DNA of 64,000 nucleotides from Dehalococcoidia bacterium (GTDB lineage Bacteria; Chloroflexota; Dehalococcoidia; UBA6926): NCBI GenBank assembly GCA_965205915.1, contig OZ242191.1, positions 21,410 to 85,409 of the forward strand, read 5' to 3'. Shown piece by piece: positions 57,698 to 64,000 of this stretch (position 1 is its first letter; each line of letters starts with the position of its first letter). The notes under the pieces were generated by a model. It saw only the letters and a program-made list of their open reading frames with translations, ran no database searches and was not told where the DNA came from. The position numbers and the translations under genes were made by a program.

Positions 57698-59212
57698 ATG
57701 AAACCGAAGACATGGGTGGTGTTCGCCGCACTAGCGATTATTTTGGCATTGCTATTGAGCGCGGGTTGCGAAAGGGGGGCCACAGCGACGGCCACTGCTT
57801 CCCCCGATTCGTCACTCACAGCGGTACAGCCAACGGCAACTCCGTCCCTGCCGCCGACGCACACGCCCGTGCCGCCAACACCGACGCCAACGCCGACATT
57901 TGGGGAGCTCACGATTTCACAATTGAACTGGTACGGGGACGGGGAGAGCGATACAGAGGGAAAGTCGTACCTCGTTAGTCTGCTCCTGGAGACTTCCTTC
58001 AAACACCCACTACTCTTTGAGGCGTTGGTCCAAAAGCCATGGGTAAACCCGGCAGAGGCGCCGAGTACTTTCAGATGGGTCAACGAAGCGATAGATCTAA
58101 TCCGCTTCGTCGCGAGCAGCGCCAACAGCGAAGCTGCGGCCATACAGGTACTGGGCATGCCGTTCCTTGATGCCCTTGATGGCGGAGAATGGGAAGAATT
58201 CTATGCCCTCCGCGACCTCGTGGTAGGGGGCCCCGGCCCCTTCCACAGGTTCCTTGAACACGCCATCGCAAATGGCGGTCTGACTGACAGCGATAGGGAA
58301 GTTGATATCTATCTCATGTACATGGAGGCGCAAGACCCGGCGGGCATGGACCGGATTTTTGGGGGGGAGCTGCCGGCTCCCAGCTACATTTTCCTGCTTG
58401 AAGATTTGGTTCAGTTGTATGCGGAATATCCGGATGCGTATTCTGCAGCGGCCGAGCATTTTCACAAATACTTTGGAGTTTCGGCGTTGGTGTCGAGAGT
58501 CCATGACCTTGCTGTCGTCGACGAACAATTGGCTGAACGGCTAGCGCAGATGCCGTTCAATCGCCTCGGGAGAAGCCTTGATATTACGGCATGGGTCTTT
58601 ATGACCAGAGTTGCGCAGGAGGACGTAGATGCCGCAGCGGGCATTCTCGAGACTCATGAAATGGGCGGAGGGGTAGATGACACTGAGTTGGCCGTGTTCG
58701 TGATGGACATTGCCTCCGTGTTTGCCCAGGATACCGTCGAGACTATTCGGACCTTTGATTGGGTCGCAGACGGTCTGCGCGCGCCGCGTTTTCCAGAAGA
58801 CGATAGAGGATCTTTTGTACTCCCAAGTGGCGAAGAAAGGGCTATCGAGAACATATTGTGGGCTGCACATCGAAATGAGCCCTGGCTCGACAAACTGTTG
58901 GCAAAGAACTGGCTCAAGGACGATTTAACGTTCGATGAAGTCGACGTCGTCAATGAGCTTCATCAATCGGAAAGTGAGGTTACAGGTTTACTTCTTGATA
59001 TGGAATTCCTGGACGAAGTTGATCAGGCAGACGGCTTGTTACTTTCACGAATTCGGCATTTCCTGACTGATTCTTCGGGTTCGCCAGAGTCTCAATTGTC
59101 CGAACTGTTGGATGACAGCAGGATCAATGGGGAGATTACGGATGCCAACCGACATCACGTCAAGCCTGCCATCGAGGATGCGCTGGAGAGGCTTGGGACG
59201 GGAGGCGGGTAG
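57698..59212 (+). CDS. Lipoprotein with W-x2-D-type tandem repeats related to the 39393..42584 protein
   Basis: MKPKTWVVFAALAIILALLLSAGC (lipobox). PT-rich linker. Repeats KPWVNPAEAPSTFRWVNEAID / FDWVADGLRAPRF / KNWLKDDLTFDEVD. Confidence 0.6.
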   Translation: MKPKTWVVFAALAIILALLLSAGCERGATATATASPDSSLTAVQPTATPSLPPTHTPVPPTPTPTPTFGELTISQLNWYGDGESDTEGKSYLVSLLLETSFKHPLLFEALVQKPWVNPAEAPSTFRWVNEAIDLIRFVASSANSEAAAIQVLGMPFLDALDGGEWEEFYALRDLVVGGPGPFHRFLEHAIANGGLTDSDREVDIYLMYMEAQDPAGMDRIFGGELPAPSYIFLLEDLVQLYAEYPDAYSAAAEHFHKYFGVSALVSRVHDLAVVDEQLAERLAQMPFNRLGRSLDITAWVFMTRVAQEDVDAAAGILETHEMGGGVDDTELAVFVMDIASVFAQDTVETIRTFDWVADGLRAPRFPEDDRGSFVLPSGEERAIENILWAAHRNEPWLDKLLAKNWLKDDLTFDEVDVVNELHQSESEVTGLLLDMEFLDEVDQADGLLLSRIRHFLTDSSGSPESQLSELLDDSRINGEITDANRHHVKPAIEDALERLGTGGG

Positions 59213-59242
59213 GGGATGTTGTGGCCCTGCGGGCCACGGGGT

Positions 59243-59335
59243 GGATTCCGGCGTTCGCGGGAATGAGGGGTGGGGGGGGGGGGGGGGTGGGGGGGGGGGG
59301 GGCGGGAAGGGAAAGGCGGGGGGATTGGCTTTCTG
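59243..59335. repeat. Hairpin repeat followed by two long homopolymeric G tracts (16 and 14 nt)
   Basis: ggattccggcgttcgcgggaatgaggggtggggggggggggggggtgggggggggggggcgggaagggaaaggcgggggg. It lies about 110 nt upstream of the 59445 ATG and is preceded by the hairpin gtggccctgcgggccac after the 57698 gene. Confidence 0.8.
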
Positions 59336-59369
59336 TTTCACCACCGTGTCTTTCCTAGCGTGTGAACTC

Positions 59370-59397
59370 TTGACGGACTAAAGCATAAGGTTAGACT
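59370..59397 (+). promoter_or_regulatory. Second copy of the TTGACG-16-TAGACT promoter plus leader
   Basis: cttgacggactaaagcataaggttagactgggcggcagcggcgtgggtacggattacccggaggctccgaggttcgATG matches 52107-52186 with 4 mismatches. Confidence 0.4.
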
Positions 59398-59444
59398 GGG
59401 CGGCAGCGGCGTGGGTACGGATTACCCGGAGGCTCCGAGGTTCG

Positions 59445-59636
59445 ATGAGCAGAGTAAGAGCACTGATCGGTTATCTGCTTGAGGGCATACCGTGCGTGGT
59501 ACTCGGCATTTGCAGCTACGCCGACTACATCATGGGTAGAGTCGAGAAGCCGACAGCAATTCCGAACGAGGATCGGGACTACCTCCGGGACGTATATTAC
59601 AACCATACGCCGCATCCGGTTTCGTCAGGGCAGTGA
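59445..59636 (+). pseudogene. Chimeric gene remnant: promoter and first 9 codons of a paralog-C-type gene fused to the last about 45 codons of a 45099-type metallopeptidase gene
   Basis: MSRVRALIG(=52184 start)...GICSYADYIMGRVEKPTAIPNEDRDYLRDVYYNHTPHPVSSGQ* (=C-terminus of the 45099..47258 gene). 59506-59640 matches 47125-47262 at nucleotide level. Confidence 0.5.
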
Positions 59637-59650
59637 CAGGAGGTGCAGCG

Positions 59651-61282
59651 ATGTTGGCAATGGTACGCCGAAGACGACGCCTCTACTCCGTTGCTGGAGT
59701 CCTCATAGTCCTGGCCGTGGCGTTGGCAGCCGCCGTCCTCTATGCCGGATCAATGAGTCTGAACGGGAATTCGCCACTGCCGGGCGCGCCTGGAGGCTTG
59801 CAGCGAGAGTCTGGTTGGTATCCTCCCCCCGACTTCCCCCCGACTTCGCTGGAGGAGAGGATAGTGCGGAGTGACGCCATAGCAAGGGTGACTCTGGTAT
59901 CCGCGGCCCAGGTGGTGGAGGAAATCTCCGGATGGCCCAGCCAAGGAGACACTTCGTACGCAAACGCGCTGGAGTTCAGGTTCAATGTACTGGAGCACCT
60001 GAAGGGGAGCGGTGGAAGCGAGGTTGTGGCGATAGCAGTTGACTGGTATGAGTTTTTTGCAACTAGGGCGGAGGCGGGCGCAGGCGCAGAAGACTTCCTG
60101 GGAGAGAGGGACACAAGGTGGGACGCCCGGGAGGCGATAGTGTTCCTGCATGATGACGACCCGTATCTGCCAAGCACCGGGCAAGCGGACAGGTACCTCC
60201 TCTGGTTTCTGCGCAACACCTATGGGCAGGAAATCTACACTATAGCCAGCCCCTCCAAGATGTGGCTGCCGGCGGCGTCTGACAGTCTACCAGTACCAGT
60301 TGACCAGGCGAGGGCATCCAGCGGAGGGACGCAGCGCTTCCTTCTTGAGGAGCCGCCTTCGGGGGGCGGGGCAGTGCTTTCAAGGATGGCGCGGGCCCTG
60401 TCGGGCGATCAGGGCGCGTCGCAGGCCGCCACCATCAACCTGGCGGACATGAAGACAAAGATCGCAGAGCTGGACGCGGAGGTCGGGGAGGGGGACGGCT
60501 CGGAGGAGTACCGGGAGTGCGTCCAGTTCAAGTACGAGTGGGAGAACAATGTAAGCCTAAGGAAGGAAGAACGCGCCGCCCAGGGCGAAGGTTACTACTA
60601 CGAGCGGTACGACCATGCACTGGCCTCCGGGCAGGCGGCGGGCAGCCTGTTCTACACCTACGAGCTCTGGCAAATCTGGGTGATTGACTATGGCGAGACC
60701 ATCCCCAGCAAGTATGCGAGCATGTTCCAGCTGGACGGGCAGGACGAGAACCTTTTCGACGTGGAGTACCCCGGCGAGGTGTCCCCGGAACGTCCCCTCC
60801 CGGCGGGGGACTACAAGTTCTACCTCTTCGCCATGGAACCGGAGGTTCTAGTCTGCGACGGGCTGCCGGATGAGGAGCGGACGAGGTTGGAGCACTTCGT
60901 GACCGTCACCGCTCCCAGTGGGACTCTTCATGAGGCGTTCTTTGACCCGGTGGCTCTGAGCGGTGGCGGTGTCGGGGCGACGGGATCGTCCGGGGTGATT
61001 GATCCTGACGAGTTCACCGTCGGCAGTGATGATGTCGAGATTGATGGCCTGGAGTGGCGGAGCGGGTCGGTGGTGCTGGAGCTGGATGACCATGTTTCGC
61101 TGTCCGGCCAAACGCTGGACTTCATCGAGCTTGACGGGTCTATCGACACTTCGCTGGACTTTGCTGATGCGCTGGTGAATGAGTCTGTTGGGCTGTGGTC
61201 TTGGAGCGTTGATTCGCAGCCGTGGGAGGACGGGGATCTGTTGATGGTGCGGATTCGGGAGACGGATACGGCGGCGGGGTAG
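59651..61282 (+). CDS. Paralog F of the secreted-protein family; recent duplicate of paralog B (N-terminal 400 aa about 95% identical)
   Basis: AGGAGG 7 nt before ATG. MLAMVRRRRRLYSVAGVLIVLAVALAAAVLYAGS... Shared C-module ...VTVTAPSGTLHEAFFDPVALSGGGVGATGSSGVIDPDEFTVGSDDVEIDGLEWRSG...RIRETDTAAG*. Confidence 0.7.
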   Translation: MLAMVRRRRRLYSVAGVLIVLAVALAAAVLYAGSMSLNGNSPLPGAPGGLQRESGWYPPPDFPPTSLEERIVRSDAIARVTLVSAAQVVEEISGWPSQGDTSYANALEFRFNVLEHLKGSGGSEVVAIAVDWYEFFATRAEAGAGAEDFLGERDTRWDAREAIVFLHDDDPYLPSTGQADRYLLWFLRNTYGQEIYTIASPSKMWLPAASDSLPVPVDQARASSGGTQRFLLEEPPSGGGAVLSRMARALSGDQGASQAATINLADMKTKIAELDAEVGEGDGSEEYRECVQFKYEWENNVSLRKEERAAQGEGYYYERYDHALASGQAAGSLFYTYELWQIWVIDYGETIPSKYASMFQLDGQDENLFDVEYPGEVSPERPLPAGDYKFYLFAMEPEVLVCDGLPDEERTRLEHFVTVTAPSGTLHEAFFDPVALSGGGVGATGSSGVIDPDEFTVGSDDVEIDGLEWRSGSVVLELDDHVSLSGQTLDFIELDGSIDTSLDFADALVNESVGLWSWSVDSQPWEDGDLLMVRIRETDTAAG

Positions 61283-61293
61283 GGCTACGGGAT

Positions 61294-61325
61294 GGATTCC
61301 GGTTTTCGCCGGAATGAGGGGACTT
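61294..61325. repeat. Hairpin repeat variant (ccggttttcgccgg stem)
   Basis: ggattccggttttcgccggaatgaggggac. Confidence 0.8.
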
Positions 61326-61333
61326 TTGGGGCT

Positions 61334-63016
61334 TTAGAGGGGCGCGGTTTGGATTAGGAGGCGGGGGCGGCGGCGGGTGTCTTTGTAGATGAAGTTGTTT
61401 AGCTCTTCGCGGACGGTGGATTCGATGGCGTTGAGGGCTTTGTCGGGGTTGGAGGCGGCTCTACCCTGAACTTTGGCGACGGCGTCGTCCACGACCTCCA
61501 CGAGGCGCGCGGAGAGGTCATCGGCGCGTTCGCGGTCGACGAATCCCATGACGGAAATGACGGGGTCGCCGACAAGTTCAAATGTTTCTGAGTCAAGGGG
61601 GAGAGAGACGGCGACGATGCCGTCGCGGGAGAGGGCGGCGCGCTCTTGCAGAACATCGGCGTCGACGCTGCCGACCTGGAGGCCGGAGACGAAGCGGTCG
61701 CGCAGGTTGAGTTGCTCGGTGATTTGAGCTTCGCCGGTGTGATTGATTTCCAACACGTCACCGTCTGCCATCAGGAAGATATTGTCGTCCGGGACGCCGA
61801 CGGATTCGGCGAGGCGGGTGTGGTGTACGAGGTGACGATAGTCGCCGTGGATCGGCACGAAGTAGCGCGGTTTGGTGAGCCGCAGCATGAGCTTGAGGTC
61901 TTCCTGGCTGGCGTGGCCACGCACGTGAACCTGCTCCGTGCGGCTGTAGAGGACGTCTGCGCCAAGCCGGAAGAGGCCATCAATGGTCTGGCCGACGACG
62001 GCCTCGTTTCCCGGGATGGGGTTGGAGGAGATGATTATGGTGTCGCCGGGCTCAATGCGGACTTGTTGGTGGGTGCCTCTCGCCATGCGCACGAGGGCGG
62101 ATGTGGGCTCGCCCTGCGCGCCGGTGGTCATGATGACGGTTTTTTCCGGGATGCTGGATTCAAGTTGGTTGGCGGGGATGATCAAGCCCTCCGGCACGCG
62201 GAGGTAGCCAAGTTCCGTGGCGAGTCGGACATTGTCGACCATGCTGCGACCGACGATGCCTAGCCTGCGTCCGTGTATTGCCGCAGCATCCGCCACTTGC
62301 TGGATCCGCGAGATAAGAGAGGCAAAGCTGGCGACGATGACTCGGCCCTGCGCCTCGCCGATGAAACGGGTCAGCGCCTTGCCAACGACAGCCTCTGAGG
62401 GTGTGTGGCCGGCGACGTCCGCGTAGGTGGAATCGGATAAGAGAAGCAGGACGCCATCCTCACCGGCCTGCGCGAGGCGCTGGAAATCGGTCGGCCTGCC
62501 GTCCACAGGGGTGTGGTCGAGCTTGAAATCGCCGGTGTGGACTAATTTGCCGACGGGGGTGTCGATGATGACGCCGGTGGCGTCGGGTATGGAGTGGTTG
62601 ACGCGGAAGAGGGTTACGCCGAATGGGCCGAGGTTGATCGTGTCACCGGGCTCGATGGTTTCCAGGGAAGAGCCGCGCAGCCGACGGGATTCGCGGAGCT
62701 TGACGGAGACGAGGCCGATGGTCAGGGCGGTGCCGTACACGGGTGCGCCCACATCCGGGAGGATGTGCTGGAGGCCACCAATGTGATCCTCATGGCCGTG
62801 GGTGATGACCATGCCGACAACTTTGTCGCGGCGGTCGATGACGTATTGGGCGTCCGGCAGGACGATATCGACGCCGTGCTGGGCCTCATCCGGGAACATC
62901 AGGCCGCAGTCGATGACGAGGATAGCCTCGCCGTACTCGATGGCCATCATGTTCTTGCCGATTTCGCCAAGACCCCCGAGGGGGATGATGCGGAGGTTAG
63001 GGTTCTTATTGGACAT
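61334..63016 (-). CDS. rnj: Ribonuclease J (metallo-beta-lactamase / beta-CASP RNase)
   Basis: MSNKNPNLRIIPLGGLGEIGKNMMAIEYGEAILVIDCGLMFPDE...VITHGHEDHIGGL...; start at the internal Met so the gene does not overlap the upstream UDG gene. Confidence 0.85.
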   Translation of the reverse strand: MSNKNPNLRIIPLGGLGEIGKNMMAIEYGEAILVIDCGLMFPDEAQHGVDIVLPDAQYVIDRRDKVVGMVITHGHEDHIGGLQHILPDVGAPVYGTALTIGLVSVKLRESRRLRGSSLETIEPGDTINLGPFGVTLFRVNHSIPDATGVIIDTPVGKLVHTGDFKLDHTPVDGRPTDFQRLAQAGEDGVLLLLSDSTYADVAGHTPSEAVVGKALTRFIGEAQGRVIVASFASLISRIQQVADAAAIHGRRLGIVGRSMVDNVRLATELGYLRVPEGLIIPANQLESSIPEKTVIMTTGAQGEPTSALVRMARGTHQQVRIEPGDTIIISSNPIPGNEAVVGQTIDGLFRLGADVLYSRTEQVHVRGHASQEDLKLMLRLTKPRYFVPIHGDYRHLVHHTRLAESVGVPDDNIFLMADGDVLEINHTGEAQITEQLNLRDRFVSGLQVGSVDADVLQERAALSRDGIVAVSLPLDSETFELVGDPVISVMGFVDRERADDLSARLVEVVDDAVAKVQGRAASNPDKALNAIESTVREELNNFIYKDTRRRPRLLIQTAPL

Positions 63017-63035
63017 TGCGGTGATGTGTGACGGG

Positions 63036-63701
63036 CTAGAAGAGGCTTGGTTGCTCTCCGCCGCCATCCTTTCTATGAGGTTCATCTGAATTGTAGGCTG
63101 CCTGCGGATCGGCGACATTACCCGTGAGGCGGCGTCGCGCGGTCTCAAGCGCGGTGGGGATGTTCCGGAAATCTTCGACGATTACATCCCGCAGGCGCTG
63201 TTGGCGCAGGGCGGCGGCGGGGTGATAGATGGGGTAGACGGCGAGATCGTCCTTGTAGAGGAGTTGGCCGCGGGCGCGTGAGATGGTCTCGCGGGGAAAG
63301 AGGCGTGTCAGAGAGAAGCGCCCAAGCGTGACGAGCAGGGTGGGGTTGACGAGTTGGAGCTGTCGGCGTAGGTAGAGGTCTTCGCAGATGTCCATCTCAT
63401 CGGCGCGGGGGTCGCGGTTGTCGGGCGGACGGCACTTGACGGTGTTGGTGATGTAGACGTCCTTTCGTTCCCATCCGACGGTTGCCAGTAATTCGTCGAG
63501 GAACTTGCCGGCTGCGCCAACGAATGGGCGGCCCTGCTTGTCCTCGTTGAACCCTGGCCCTTCGCCGATGAACATGACATCGGCATCGGACGCGCCTTCA
63601 CCGGGGACCGCGATTGTGCGGCCTTCGGCGAGCCTGCATTCCGTGCAAGACGCTATCTCGAGGGCGATGGCGCGCAAGGCGTCTGCGGCGTCAGCGACCA
63701 T
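63036..63701 (-). CDS. Family-4 uracil-DNA glycosylase (phage SPO1 polymerase-related UDG)
   Basis: MVADAADALRAIALEIASCTECRLAEGRTIAVPGEGASDADVMFIGEGPGFNEDKQGRPFVGAAGKFLDELL...TNTVKCRPP (4Fe-4S Cys and GEGPG motifs). Confidence 0.8.
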   Translation of the reverse strand: MVADAADALRAIALEIASCTECRLAEGRTIAVPGEGASDADVMFIGEGPGFNEDKQGRPFVGAAGKFLDELLATVGWERKDVYITNTVKCRPPDNRDPRADEMDICEDLYLRRQLQLVNPTLLVTLGRFSLTRLFPRETISRARGQLLYKDDLAVYPIYHPAAALRQQRLRDVIVEDFRNIPTALETARRRLTGNVADPQAAYNSDEPHRKDGGGEQPSLF

Positions 63702-63775
63702 GATATTCAGATGTTGGGACGGATCCGCTGAGAAACATGGCCCGTGTCCCAATCAGCCGGTTTGGGCCGGAGAGA

Positions 63776-64000
63776 CTAGGCGTCCTCGATCCCGTGCTCG
63801 TCCTTGAGGTAGCTGATTGCGTCCTGGACCGTGATGATCTTCTCGGCATGCTCATCCGGAATCTCGATGTCCTTGTCCTTGCCGAACTCTTCTTCAAGCG
63901 CCATGACGAGTTCGACCATGTCCAGAGAATCTGCATTGAGGTCATCGACGAAGGCGGATTCGGGTGTAACCCGCTCTGCCTCCACGCCGAGCTGATCGAC
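63776..64000 (-). CDS. acpP: Acyl carrier protein, 5' end outside the window
   Basis: ...[56 protein letters not shown] (phosphopantetheine DSL motif). The reading frame continues past position 64000. Confidence 0.8.
   Translation of the reverse strand, partial: VDQLGVEAERVTPESAFVDDLNADSLDMVELVMALEEEFGKDKDIEIPDEHAEKIITVQDAISYLKDEHGIEDA

Noticed and set aside
46235-61282. Diversity-generating retroelement targeting the conserved C-terminal module
   Set aside because: No reverse transcriptase or template repeat is in the window. Differences between copies are not adenine-specific and occur in shared patches typical of gene conversion.
42998-61282. Mobile element (IS/transposon or integrase) responsible for the duplications in the paralog island
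   Set aside because: No transposase, integrase, inverted terminal repeats or target-site duplications could be recognised. The rearrangements look like homologous recombination between paralogs.

Overview
This is a high-GC (about 63-65%) bacterial chromosomal window; I cannot assign its taxonomy from sequence alone. Nothing recognisably phage, plasmid or transposon-like is present. Most of it is a conserved core with dense operon-like packing: acyl-CoA carboxylase carboxyltransferase genes, folP-folK, dinG-type helicase, CCA-adding enzyme, a MacAB-like adaptor/ABC/FtsX trio, hisC-hisB, purC-purS, tatA / tatB-tatC, lepA, ilvD, RNase J, UDG and acpP. Interspersed are accessory modules: two paralogous vapBC pairs, two tandem Uma2-family endonucleases, a five-gene array of Yip1-like membrane proteins, and a low-GC islet. 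Three features stand out. (1) An abundant intergenic repeat family: a GATTC-stem-loop-GAAT hairpin followed by AATGAC(G)GGG, with covarying stems, often followed by tandem 21-22 bp GGGAATGACGGGTGGG arrays. One copy sits in-frame inside folP. (2) An island of about 18 kb (about 43.1-61.3 kb; about 22 kb counting the flanking repeat proteins) of secreted zinc metallopeptidases and six paralogous secreted proteins or lipoproteins of unknown function. The paralogs share a near-identical C-terminal module of about 115 aa with mosaic, gene-conversion-like nucleotide patchwork. The island also carries fossil gene fragments, a chimeric gene, a duplicated promoter, in-frame nonsense codons and long poly-G tracts, so it looks like an actively recombining, previously undescribed surface/secreted protein family linked to proteases. 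(3) Several apparent pseudogenes: an amidase with an in-frame TGA at a conserved Gly, and a paralog tail with an in-frame TAG. No rRNA, tRNA, CRISPR, integrase or transposase was recognised by eye.
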